Shown in pieces: positions 1 to 9,236 of a DNA stretch of 64,000 nucleotides. Positions within the stretch are counted from its first letter, which is position 1, and each line of letters starts with the position of its first letter. The position numbers and the translations under genes are program-made. The stretch lies in NCBI GenBank assembly GCA_041695225.1, contig JBGFRI010000035.1:64001-128000 (forward strand), written 5' to 3'. Source of the stretch: Deinococcota bacterium. GTDB lineage: Bacteria > Deinococcota > Deinococci > Deinococcales > Thermaceae. The notes under the pieces are model-generated. The model worked only from the letters and a program-made list of their open reading frames with translations. It did no database searches and was not told the DNA's origin.

Positions 1-2175
1 GACCTGCGCAACGTCTGTTACAACGTCTATGCCGATATTATGAGATGGGCGCCCAGCCGGAGGCTCGAGTTTCTCTTACCCAGCTGGCTGCGCAAAGCCC
101 TTGGCTCTCCTCTGAACCGCCTCGAGAGAGCCTTTCAGCAGGCGGTAAATGAAGTAACCGGACGACGGGGCTCGCAACTGGAAAAACTACTCTCCGACCC
201 GTCCCGGCCCCGGCTGGCCCTGGTGGGCCGGCGCTATGTGGTCGAGGACCCGGCCCTGAATGCCGGGGTCAAGCAGTGGTTTGAAAAGCAGGGTGTGGCC
301 GTAATTTCGGCCGTGGACGTGCCCGCCGCACTGCTGGAGCCGGAGTATGACCGGGTAGACGGTTTCTACGACGCCCATAAAGAAGCGGAGGCCTTTATCC
401 GCTGGGCCCTGGATAAGGTAGACGGGTTTATCGGCCTGGGCTGTTTCGGCTGTCATCCCGATGCCTTCCAGGTAGACTACCTTGCAGACAATATCCGTTC
501 CTATGGCGCCCCCTGCTGGACCCTGCGCTTCGACGAGACCGCCAGCAACTCGGGGTTTCAGACTCGCTTTGAGACCATTTTGACCTTCTTAGAGCAGCGA
601 CGCGACCAGAGGGTAGCGGGCGTAGAGCCACCCAGTCCGGCTATGGCCCTACCGGTTTTTCCAGATACCAGGATCAGGCGGGTCTCGGGCCGCCCCGGAC
701 AGTTAGTTGAAGAGGTTCAGGCCACCGGGGCCCCCAGTGGGGGGGCCGCTCTCAAGCCACTGGTTATCTGGCCCTATATGGGTGAGATTGTGAACCTTGC
801 GGTGGAAGGCCTCTGCCACCAGCTGGGCCTGCAAGACTACATGCTAGCGCCCCAGCCCATCTCGGAGAAAACAGTCCTGCTCGGTAATGACCGGTATACC
901 GAGTCGTGTTCTCCTTATGCCTGTAGCACCGGCTCGCTCAAGGAAACCCTTACCCGGGCGCTAAACAGCCTCGAGGCAGCCGGCGCCAGGGCAGAGCCGC
1001 GCCGCATCATCGTGCTCATGGCCCGGGGCGAGGGGCCGTGTACCTTTGGCTGGTACGCCATTGTGCAAAACCGGCACATTCCGCAGGAATTCCAGCAGCG
1101 ACTGGCCGCCGGCGGCCATACTCTGCAGATGGTCACTATGGGCATGGACGGCCTGGTGGATGCCCTAAAGGAGTTCAGCGACCTGCAGCGGCAGAAAATT
1201 AAGCCCTTGCTGGACTACGTCGAGGCGTGTGCCTATGGCCTGGGCAGGCTTCCGCTCTGGCGGCAGTGGCATCTGCGGCTGCGCTTTCTGGCTACCCTCA
1301 ACCGCCTGACGCGTCCCCTGTGGGCAAAGCTGGATGCGGCGGAATCGCTACGGGCGCGGGCGCTAATCCTGCGGGCCCACGAACTGGAACCTGGCAGCAT
1401 CACCGCGGCCTACCAGACGGCCATTGAAGGTTTGCGTCAGGTGCATACCGTTGCCGAGATCAAGGCGGCACACCGGCGGGGCCTCTGGCTTTTAGAGGCG
1501 GTTCCCAGGGACTCGCTGGTCAAGCCCCGGGTGGTGGTGGTGGGCGAAATCTACGTGTTGCTAACCAGCTTTGCCAACCGGGGAACGGTGGAAAACCTGC
1601 TGGCCCGCGAGGGGCTCGAGGTTCACGAGGGGACCACCCTGGGCGGCTATCTGCGCGGAGTACTGCGCGAGATGAAGCGGCGCAGCTGGGCCGCTAACCC
1701 CTGGCTGAGACCGGTGCTGGCCTGGCTGCGCCAGCGCAACATCTATCTGTTAGAACAGCGAGTTCGCGACGACAGGGCCCTGCCCTTTCTGAATCGGGAG
1801 GTGGGCGGCGATGGTTTACCCAGCGTAGCCCACGCCCGCGAGGGCGTCGAGGCAGGGTGCGACGGCATCGTACACCTGTACCCGTTCAAGTGCATGCCCG
1901 AGGGCATCGCCAAGGGGGCGGTGCTGGAGCTGGCTAATCTGTACAATGTCCGCTACCTGGGGCTTTCCTTCGACAAGGAGACCGAAATTGAGCGGTTGCG
2001 CACCGAGGTGAGCACCTTTGCTACCCTGCTCCATGCACAAGGGATGCAAGAGGGCGCTAAAGACCCTCGCCAGTATCAGAGTAAGCGGCAGCAGGTGATC
2101 AGATGGCGCAAAGCTGTGGGTCGCTGGCTTACCGGCCTTTATGCCCTGAGCCGGCGATCGCGTTACGTCAAGTGA
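1..2175 (+). CDS. CoA-substrate enzyme activase / 2-hydroxyacyl-CoA dehydratase-associated multidomain protein (DUF2229-like), 5' truncated by window edge
   Basis: Frame is open from base 1. Motifs FGCHPD, FDETASNSGFQTRFE, CSPY, GPCTFG, VVGEIY, PFKCMP and SFDKET are typical of this family. Confidence 0.7.
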   Translation, partial: DLRNVCYNVYADIMRWAPSRRLEFLLPSWLRKALGSPLNRLERAFQQAVNEVTGRRGSQLEKLLSDPSRPRLALVGRRYVVEDPALNAGVKQWFEKQGVAVISAVDVPAALLEPEYDRVDGFYDAHKEAEAFIRWALDKVDGFIGLGCFGCHPDAFQVDYLADNIRSYGAPCWTLRFDETASNSGFQTRFETILTFLEQRRDQRVAGVEPPSPAMALPVFPDTRIRRVSGRPGQLVEEVQATGAPSGGAALKPLVIWPYMGEIVNLAVEGLCHQLGLQDYMLAPQPISEKTVLLGNDRYTESCSPYACSTGSLKETLTRALNSLEAAGARAEPRRIIVLMARGEGPCTFGWYAIVQNRHIPQEFQQRLAAGGHTLQMVTMGMDGLVDALKEFSDLQRQKIKPLLDYVEACAYGLGRLPLWRQWHLRLRFLATLNRLTRPLWAKLDAAESLRARALILRAHELEPGSITAAYQTAIEGLRQVHTVAEIKAAHRRGLWLLEAVPRDSLVKPRVVVVGEIYVLLTSFANRGTVENLLAREGLEVHEGTTLGGYLRGVLREMKRRSWAANPWLRPVLAWLRQRNIYLLEQRVRDDRALPFLNREVGGDGLPSVAHAREGVEAGCDGIVHLYPFKCMPEGIAKGAVLELANLYNVRYLGLSFDKETEIERLRTEVSTFATLLHAQGMQEGAKDPRQYQSKRQQVIRWRKAVGRWLTGLYALSRRSRYVK

Positions 2176-2235
2176 GAGCGGGCACTTTCTGGAGAAAAGT
2201 GAGGCAGTTGAGTTGCGCTGCAAGCCAATAGGAAT

Positions 2236-2389
2236 GTCTCAGGTCTCAAGTCTCAGGTCTCTAGTCTTCTTGGCCTGCGACTCGCGACCTGCGACCATGG
2301 CCGATAGCTAATAGCCAATAGCTGAAAGCTAAAAGCTTTTAGCTTTCAGCTTTTATCTGACCTTCGACCCTCGACCCTAGACCTGCGAC
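2236..2389. repeat. Double heptamer-repeat cassette
   Basis: GTCTCAG/GTCTCAA x4, centre, CTGCGAC x3; then GCCGATA..GCTAAAA x5, AGCT centre, TTTTAGC/CTTCGAC/CTGCGAC units. Confidence 0.9.
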
Positions 2390-2431
2390 AACTTTTTGGG
2401 CTGCTCCTGGCTTACAATCATCTATGAGTTT

Positions 2432-3067
2432 ATGACCGAGACATTTCCCATTCGCCTGTACGGCGATCCGATCCTAAAGAAAAAAGCCCTGGCAGTAGAG
2501 GATTTTAACGATATACCCCAGCTTGCCGAGAGGATGCTAAATACCATGTTCGAAGCGAGGGGGGCCGGGCTGGCCGCGCCGCAGGTAGGTCTCTCCCGGC
2601 GGCTGTTTGTGGCCGCCGAGTACCAGGATGACGAAGACCAGGAAGAAGGCCTCCTGGCCGACCTGAAAACCCGCGTCAAACAGATTTATGTGGTGGTCAA
2701 CCCGGTGATCACCTACCGCTCTGGCCAGCAGTCTATTCTGGAAGGCTGTCTTTCGCTGCCCGGACTGTATGCCGAGGGCGCCCAGCGCGACCTGCAGGTG
2801 CGGCTGGAGTACCAGAACGAAAAGGGCGAGCCAAGGGTACTCGAGGCCGAAGGCTACTTAGCGGTGGTGATGCAGCACGAAATTGACCATCTGGACGGAA
2901 TTCTTTTTTTTCAACGGATGCCTAATGCCGACAAACAGAACTTCCTCGAGCTTCACCGCGAAGACCTGGCAGAATTCCAGCGCCAGGCCAGGGCCTTTCT
3001 GCGCGAGAAAGCCGAGCGCCAGGCGATGGGCAGGCAGAAACAGTCTGGTTTTAGGGCCGACCCCTGA
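2432..3067 (+). CDS. def: Peptide deformylase
   Basis: GAGLAAPQVG, EGCLS and QHEIDHLDG motifs; start moved to MTETFPIRLYGDP. Confidence 0.95.
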   Translation: MTETFPIRLYGDPILKKKALAVEDFNDIPQLAERMLNTMFEARGAGLAAPQVGLSRRLFVAAEYQDDEDQEEGLLADLKTRVKQIYVVVNPVITYRSGQQSILEGCLSLPGLYAEGAQRDLQVRLEYQNEKGEPRVLEAEGYLAVVMQHEIDHLDGILFFQRMPNADKQNFLELHREDLAEFQRQARAFLREKAERQAMGRQKQSGFRADP

Positions 3068-3090
3068 CCGAAAGGACAAAGGCCATAAGC

Positions 3091-4050
3091 TTGCAGCCAT
3101 CAGCCATTAGCTATCAGCGGCGCAGGGTCGCCTTTTTCGGCTCGCCGGCCTGGGCAGTGCCAGTACTAGAGGCGCTACACCAGCACCACCAGGTTGTGCT
3201 GGTGGTGACCCAGCCCGACAAACCGGCCGGACGAGGTCTGCGCCTGACCCCTTGCCCGGTAGCCCAGTGGGCCAGCGGCCAGGGCTTGCGGGTAGAAAAG
3301 CCCACCAGACTCCGCAAAAACCCCGAGTTACTGGCGCTTTGCAACTCCCTTAACCTGGATGTGGCGGTTACGGCAGCATATGGCAAAATCCTTCCCCACG
3401 AGCTCTTGTTAGTTCCCCGGTTTGGCTTCTTTAATCTGCACCCCTCCGACCTGCCCAGGTACCGTGGCCCGGCGCCGGTGCAGTGGACGCTAATCAATGG
3501 CGATGTCCAGACTGCGGTCTGCATTATGCAGACCGACGCAGGCATGGACACCGGCCCGATTGTAGCCAGACGACATACCAGGGTTGGGCCGGATGAAACC
3601 GCGGCCGAACTTGCCGATCGCCTGCGCGAGATGGGAATTCCGCTATTGTTAGAGGCGATTGGCGGTCTGGAGTCGCTGCAGCCCATGCCACAGCTTGGCC
3701 AGGCAAGCCATGCCCCGATGCTGGCCAGGGATGATGGAAAAATTGTTTGGCAACGTACGGCCAGCGAGATCTACAACCGCCACCGGGGTGTGCAGCCCTG
3801 GCCTGGTAGCTGGTTTGAATACCAGGGCCGGCGGGTGAAGGTTATACGAATGTCGAGGGCCGGGGGTCGAGGGTCTAGCCCAGAGCACCTGGCGCCCTCA
3901 ACCGTTTTGCAATTGACCGAGGGCCTGATGGTCGCCACAGGGGAGGGGAGCCTCACCCTGCTTGAAGTTCAGCCCGAAGGCAGAAAACCCATGTCGGCGC
4001 TGGACTGGGCCAGGGGTGCTCGAGTTCGAGTGGGTGATCTACTTGGCTAG
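3091..4050 (+). CDS. fmt: Methionyl-tRNA formyltransferase
   Basis: VVTQPDKPAGRG, NLHPSDLPRYRGPAP and MDTGP motifs; follows def. The start codon is uncertain. Confidence 0.95.
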   Translation: MQPSAISYQRRRVAFFGSPAWAVPVLEALHQHHQVVLVVTQPDKPAGRGLRLTPCPVAQWASGQGLRVEKPTRLRKNPELLALCNSLNLDVAVTAAYGKILPHELLLVPRFGFFNLHPSDLPRYRGPAPVQWTLINGDVQTAVCIMQTDAGMDTGPIVARRHTRVGPDETAAELADRLREMGIPLLLEAIGGLESLQPMPQLGQASHAPMLARDDGKIVWQRTASEIYNRHRGVQPWPGSWFEYQGRRVKVIRMSRAGGRGSSPEHLAPSTVLQLTEGLMVATGEGSLTLLEVQPEGRKPMSALDWARGARVRVGDLLG

Positions 4051-4179
4051 GCGCTGGCCTGGCTGTTCGACCATTGACGACTTGAGACCCGCGACCTAGG
4101 GGAGTCGCTACGCGATTCCGGCAAAGCCGTAGCCTATGCGACAGATTCAAGCTAATGTTTCATAATGGTTACCTAGCGC

Positions 4180-6024
4180 ATGAATACCCTCGAGAAGCTA
4201 AAACTGGCCGGGCGCTACCGGCTCGAGGCCCCGCTGGGAGAAGGGGGCATGGCCGAGGTCTGGCGGGCTACCGACCTTCGCATGGAGCGCACGGTGGCGG
4301 TCAAGCTTCTTCACACCTACATTCACCCCAGTGAACGCAGCCGGTTTTTTCGTGAAGTCAAGGCGCTTTCCAGGCTCTCTCACCCTGGTGTGGTGCAGGT
4401 TTTTGATATTGGCGAGGAACAGGGCCGCACCTATTTTGTGATGGAGCTGGTGGAGGGTGGTAGCTACGATGGCATTGGCCCTTTTGAAGACGGGATGGAG
4501 GGTTTGCGCCTGCTCACAGCGAGCATCAGGGTGCTGGATGCCCTGGGGCACCTGCACAGCCGGGGCGTAATCCACCGCGACCTTACCCCGCGCAACATTC
4601 TGGTTACGCCCGAGGGCCAGCCCAAGGTGATGGACTTTGGTCTGGCCTACCTGATGCAGGAGAGCCAACACTTTACCCGCACCGGCATTACTGTGGGCAC
4701 CCCCGAGTACATGGCCCCCGAACAGGCCAAGGGCCTGCCCCTCACCCCGCAGGCCGACCTCTATAGCTTTGGGGCGGTGCTGTACCGGACCCTTACTGGT
4801 AAGCCCTTGTTTGAGGGTGAAAACGACCAGTCGGTGCTCTACCAGCACGTCTACGAGACCCCCAGACCCCCACACATGGTCAACCCGGCCATTCCCGAGG
4901 GGGTCTCGGACTTCCTGGTCTCGCTTCTGCACAAGACCCCTGGCGAGCGTCCTGCCAGCGCCGGTACTGCTCGTGCGGTTCTGGAAGAGACTCTACGCAA
5001 GTACCGGGAGAGCCTCTCGGCAACTCCCAGAGCCGGAGCCAGCCGCAGCGGACACTACCCCAGCGGCCCGGCCCGCCCCGAAAAACTCGAGCTGAAGGGA
5101 ACGCACGACCTGGGGGGTGAGGTGGCCTGGCCCGGTGAGCTGGTTGCCCGCGAGGACCGCATCTGGGTTGGGGCCGGGCAGGGCCTCTCCCGCCTCGACC
5201 TGACCGATGGCCTGGTTCACCGCCAGCGCCTGGGCGACGAGGTCTCTGCCCCGCCGGCCGTAACCGAAGAACGGGTCTATGTGGCTGCCTGGGACGGTCG
5301 CCTGACCGGGATGTCCCTTTCCGGGCGGCCCATTCTCAGTTTCCCTACCCGTGCCGAGATTACCGCCGCCCCCCTGGCCAGCGGGCTAATCTACCTGGCC
5401 GGGCGCGACGGCTTTCTCTACGCCCTCGAGCCCGGCGGAACCCTGCGCTGGGGCTTTCAGGCCGGCAGTGAGCTCTCGGCCTCGCCCACCCTCTACCGGG
5501 GGCTTTTGTTTGTCGCCAGCGAGAGCGGCTGGCTCTACGCCCTCGACCCCTTTAGCGGGCACCTGCGCTACAAGGTGGAGGCCGGGGCGGTACATACTGC
5601 CATGCCTGCCCGTGACGGCCTGCTTTTTATCCCTACCTGGACCGGAGAAATTCACGCCTTCGACCCGCTCACCCGCGAGTTGAAGTGGAGCTACGATCTG
5701 GAGGGCGAGCTCTGGGGTGCGCCCGCCCTGGACGACCAGCACCTATACGCCGCTACCTGGGCCGGCCGGCTCTTTGCCCTCGACCAGAAAACCGGCGACG
5801 AGGCCTGGGAGCTCGAGGTGGGCAAGGTCACCGGCGCACTCTCGACTGCCTACGGCGTACTCTATCTGGGCACCGAGGAGGGGCGGGTGCTGGGGGTGGA
5901 AACCCGTGCTGGCCGCCTGGTCTTCGAGGCCACGGGCCTTGGCCCAATCCAGGCGCCGCCGCTGCCCTACCGGGGGGCGCTGTATGTGGCCACGCTGGCC
6001 GGTAAACTATACCGGTTCGCTTGA
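4180..6024 (+). CDS. Hanks-type Ser/Thr protein kinase with C-terminal PQQ-like beta-propeller repeats (RqkA-like architecture)
   Basis: LGEGGMAEV, VAVK, HRDLTPRN, DFGLA and YMAPE motifs, followed by repeated LYAL(D/E)..G..W units. Confidence 0.9.
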   Translation: MNTLEKLKLAGRYRLEAPLGEGGMAEVWRATDLRMERTVAVKLLHTYIHPSERSRFFREVKALSRLSHPGVVQVFDIGEEQGRTYFVMELVEGGSYDGIGPFEDGMEGLRLLTASIRVLDALGHLHSRGVIHRDLTPRNILVTPEGQPKVMDFGLAYLMQESQHFTRTGITVGTPEYMAPEQAKGLPLTPQADLYSFGAVLYRTLTGKPLFEGENDQSVLYQHVYETPRPPHMVNPAIPEGVSDFLVSLLHKTPGERPASAGTARAVLEETLRKYRESLSATPRAGASRSGHYPSGPARPEKLELKGTHDLGGEVAWPGELVAREDRIWVGAGQGLSRLDLTDGLVHRQRLGDEVSAPPAVTEERVYVAAWDGRLTGMSLSGRPILSFPTRAEITAAPLASGLIYLAGRDGFLYALEPGGTLRWGFQAGSELSASPTLYRGLLFVASESGWLYALDPFSGHLRYKVEAGAVHTAMPARDGLLFIPTWTGEIHAFDPLTRELKWSYDLEGELWGAPALDDQHLYAATWAGRLFALDQKTGDEAWELEVGKVTGALSTAYGVLYLGTEEGRVLGVETRAGRLVFEATGLGPIQAPPLPYRGALYVATLAGKLYRFA

Positions 6025-6038
6025 TACACTGGGCTTGG

Positions 6039-6380
6039 ATGGGGCGCTAAGAGAAGCTGTTGCTGAAAATTCTGCGCGGAACGTCCGATGCCAGTATTTC
6101 CTTTGATGACCTGCGCCAACTGCTGCTTCATCTGGGGTTTGAAGAGCGCATCAAAGGCAGCCACCACGCGTTTCGCAAACAAGGGGCTGAGGAGTTCATC
6201 AACTTGTAGCAGGATGGTAGCAAGGCCAAGCCTTACCAGGTGCGACAGGTTCGGTCGGTGATAGTGCGCTAGGGGGTGCGCGTAGCGCATGGAGTGGGTG
6301 ATGCAGTGGTCGAGGATTTGGAGTGATTAACCGATACTCGCTGTGCGAGTAACCTATACAAGTTAGGAGGTGAGAGCTAG
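6039..6380 (+). pseudogene. hicA: HicA-family toxin pseudogene (two nonsense codons plus an 87-bp insertion)
   Basis: Reads MGR*EKLLLKILRGTSDASISFDDLRQLLLHLGFEERIKGSHHAFRKQGAEEFINL*QDGSKAKPYQVRQVRSVIVR[insert 6270-6356]YKLGGES*. The stop overlaps the hicB GTG. Confidence 0.85.
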
Positions 6381-6592
6381 TGTACAAGTACGAAGTCATC
6401 ATCTATTGGAGCCAGGAAGACGATGCGTTTGTTGCCGAAGTGCCAGAACTGCCCGGTTGTATGGCCCATGGACAGACCGCAGAACAAGCCCTTGCCAGTG
6501 TTCATCAAGCCACTCAGTTGTGGATTGAAACGGCCAAAGAATTTGGCGACCCCATCCCCGAGCCTAAAGGGCGGCGCTTGCAGTTTGCCTGA
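6380..6592 (+). CDS. hicB: HicB-family antitoxin (short, UPF0150-like)
   Basis: YEVIIYWSQEDDAFVAEVPELPGCMAHGQT..EFGDPIPEPKG; AGGAGG RBS upstream. Confidence 0.9.
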   Translation: MYKYEVIIYWSQEDDAFVAEVPELPGCMAHGQTAEQALASVHQATQLWIETAKEFGDPIPEPKGRRLQFA

Positions 6593-6734
6593 GGGCGCGG
6601 CCCCAAAACCCCTGCTTGACGCAGATACCTTTTCAACTACCAGCCTCTCCCAGCAGAGCAGAGGAGATTTCTCGAACGCCCTCCAGGCTGGAATACCTGT
6701 GGGACAAACTGTTCTTGGGTAGACTGTTCAGGCT

Positions 6735-9236
6735 GTGTCTTTACACCTGACCGACGAACAACAAGCCATTGTGGCCCACAACCAGGGGCCGGCGCTGGTG
6801 TTTGCGGTGGCGGGGGCGGGCAAGACTACGTCGCTGGTGCACCGCCTAAAGCGCCTGGTGCGCGAGCGGGTCTTCGAGCCGCGCAAGGTGCTGGCAGCCT
6901 CGTTCAGCCGCCTGGCGGTGGACGACCTCAAGCGCTCGCTGGCCCGATGGCCCCACACCCAGGGGGTACAGGTTTCCACGCTGCACGCGCTGGGCTACCG
7001 CATCGTGCGCAAGGCGGCCTCGGAGGGGCTTTTGAAGCTGGCCGAGGGCAGGGAAGAGGGTGCCCAGCAAGCTCTGTTGCAGCGCACACTGCGGCGGGCC
7101 AGGGAGATGAAACTGCCCTGGACGCCCGAACTGGAAAACCTCGAGGCCGAGGACTTCCTGAGCTACGTGGGGGCCTGCAAAGGAAACCTGCAGTATGCCG
7201 ACCTGAAGGGGGCCGGGCTGCCGCCGGAGGCCCTGAAAGTGGCCTCGCAGGCCCGTGCGCCCCAGGAACTCGAGTGGTACCTCGAGCTCTACAAACTGAT
7301 GGAGCAGGTTCGCCGGGAAGAGGGCCTCCTGACCTTCGACGATATGCTGATGAGTGGCTGGGAGGTGCTGGTGCGCTACCCTGGCGTTTTGCAAACCGCG
7401 CAAAAAGCCTTTCAGGCAGTGCTGGTGGACGAGTTCCAGGACGTGAACCTGGCCCAGGCGGAGATTTTGGACCTGATCACCGCCCCGCACCGCAACTACA
7501 TGGCCGTAGGCGACGACGACCAGACCATCTACGAGTGGCGCGGAGCCTCGCCACGCTTCATCCTCGAGTTTGCTCCACGCTATAAGGCAGCCAAATACAT
7601 CATCCGGGACTCGTTTCGCTGCCCAGCGCCGCAGGTCGCACTGGCAGGCCGGGTGATCGCCCAGAACCAGAACCGCGAGCCCAAGCGACTGAGCCTGACC
7701 AAGGGCTTTGTGGGCCGGGTGCATATTCGCCTGGAGCCACACATGCCTGCCCAGGCCCAGAGCCTGGTCAGCGATGTGGCGGGGCTGCTAGCCGAAGGCC
7801 GCAAACCTACCGAGATGGCGGTGCTGGTGCGGCTCTACGCCCAGACCCCCTATATCGAGCAATGCCTGATCGAGCGACAGATTCCCTACCGGGTGGTAGG
7901 CAGCATGCCCTTCTATCAGCGCCCCGAAATTCAAGTTTTGCTGGCTTACCTGCGGCTGGCCCAATCCCCCACCGCTGCGCGGAGCCCCCTTGGTAAGGTG
8001 GCCAGTGCTGAGGTTTTGTCCCCCCTTAATAAAGGGGGTGGGGGGGATTGCAAGCGCCTCTGGCTGCAGATCTACAACACCCCCAAGCGTTACCTGAGCC
8101 GAGCCCTGGCCGACTCGGTCTGGCGGCAGGTAGAGCGGGGCGCCTCGCTGGTAGAGGCGCTAACGGCGGCGGAGGCAGACGTAGAGGAGCGCGTGGCCAG
8201 GCGGCTGCGCGAGCTGGCCGATCTGTTCGAGTGGCTTAGTGTGGCCGTGGAACGCGGCTCGGCCCACGCGGTTCTGGAGGCGCTGGAGTCTCGACTGGAC
8301 TACCGCCGATATCTGCTGGGCTCATCGGGCTTTTACGAGGTGGGAGCTGGCAAGGCCGAGGGGGTACGGGCTTTTCTGGAGTATGCCCGCGACAAAGGGA
8401 GCGCGCTTCAGCTGCTTCACCATATTGAGCAACTAGCCCAGGAGCAGATTCCCGATGAGACTGACTTGCGTTCGCACGCTCAAGAACACCTGGGCGACGG
8501 CCCTGCACAGGACGCCCGCCAGCGGGTTAGCCTGATGACCATTTTCCGGGCCAAGGGGCTGGAGTGGCCCCTGGTCTTCATCCCCGACTGCAACCAGGGA
8601 ACCCTGCCCTACAGCGGCTCAGAAAACCTCGAGGAAGAACGCCGCCTGTTCTACGTGGCCCTGACCCGAAGCTCGCAGCATACCTATCTTTACGCCCTGT
8701 CTAGCCTGCCACTCTCGCCCTTTCTCGTAGAAGCCAACCACCTGCAAGTTTTGGGTGCAGTCGAGCGGGTGGGGGAGGCCCTGGCCCTAAAGGCACATGA
8801 GCTTTCCACCGCACAGACCCTGGCCCTGGCGCAAGGCGCACACAAGCTGGGCCTCGAGCGTTTCCTGTACGACTGGTGGAACTCAGGCCAGGCGCAGAGC
8901 ATTGCCGCCAAAGTGCTGCGGCTGTTCGCGCATGCTGAGCGCCAGCGCTACTCGGAAGCCCTGGGCCTGACGCACGAGGCCAGAAGCGTCTGGGAAGCCT
9001 TCGATGCGGGGCCGGGCAGTGGGGTGGAAGGGGAGTTTTCCGACCTCGAGCGCTTCATTTTCAAGCCTCCCCAGGCTTCGGACCAGACCACGCTCAGGGC
9101 GGGACAAAAAGTCAGGCATACCCAGTTTGGCACCGGGCTGGTGGTGAGTCTGGATGAAGGGGTTGCTTCCATAGCTTTTGCCGATGGGGTACGCAGGCTG
9201 GCCCTGCGCTACGCCCGACTGGAAGTGGTGGGTTGA
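6735..9236 (+). CDS. UvrD/PcrA/Rep-family SF1 DNA helicase with C-terminal Tudor-like domain
   Basis: AVAGAGKTT, LVDEFQD, VGDDDQTIYEWRGA, MTIFRAKGLEWP, EERRLFYVALTR and KVRHTQFGTG motifs. Confidence 0.93.
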   Translation: MSLHLTDEQQAIVAHNQGPALVFAVAGAGKTTSLVHRLKRLVRERVFEPRKVLAASFSRLAVDDLKRSLARWPHTQGVQVSTLHALGYRIVRKAASEGLLKLAEGREEGAQQALLQRTLRRAREMKLPWTPELENLEAEDFLSYVGACKGNLQYADLKGAGLPPEALKVASQARAPQELEWYLELYKLMEQVRREEGLLTFDDMLMSGWEVLVRYPGVLQTAQKAFQAVLVDEFQDVNLAQAEILDLITAPHRNYMAVGDDDQTIYEWRGASPRFILEFAPRYKAAKYIIRDSFRCPAPQVALAGRVIAQNQNREPKRLSLTKGFVGRVHIRLEPHMPAQAQSLVSDVAGLLAEGRKPTEMAVLVRLYAQTPYIEQCLIERQIPYRVVGSMPFYQRPEIQVLLAYLRLAQSPTAARSPLGKVASAEVLSPLNKGGGGDCKRLWLQIYNTPKRYLSRALADSVWRQVERGASLVEALTAAEADVEERVARRLRELADLFEWLSVAVERGSAHAVLEALESRLDYRRYLLGSSGFYEVGAGKAEGVRAFLEYARDKGSALQLLHHIEQLAQEQIPDETDLRSHAQEHLGDGPAQDARQRVSLMTIFRAKGLEWPLVFIPDCNQGTLPYSGSENLEEERRLFYVALTRSSQHTYLYALSSLPLSPFLVEANHLQVLGAVERVGEALALKAHELSTAQTLALAQGAHKLGLERFLYDWWNSGQAQSIAAKVLRLFAHAERQRYSEALGLTHEARSVWEAFDAGPGSGVEGEFSDLERFIFKPPQASDQTTLRAGQKVRHTQFGTGLVVSLDEGVASIAFADGVRRLALRYARLEVVG
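7962..8050. repeat. Palindromic REP-like element inserted in frame in the helicase
   Basis: CAATCCCCC...GGGGGATTG terminal inverted repeat with an internal CCCCCTTAATAAAGGGGG hairpin. Confidence 0.7.
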
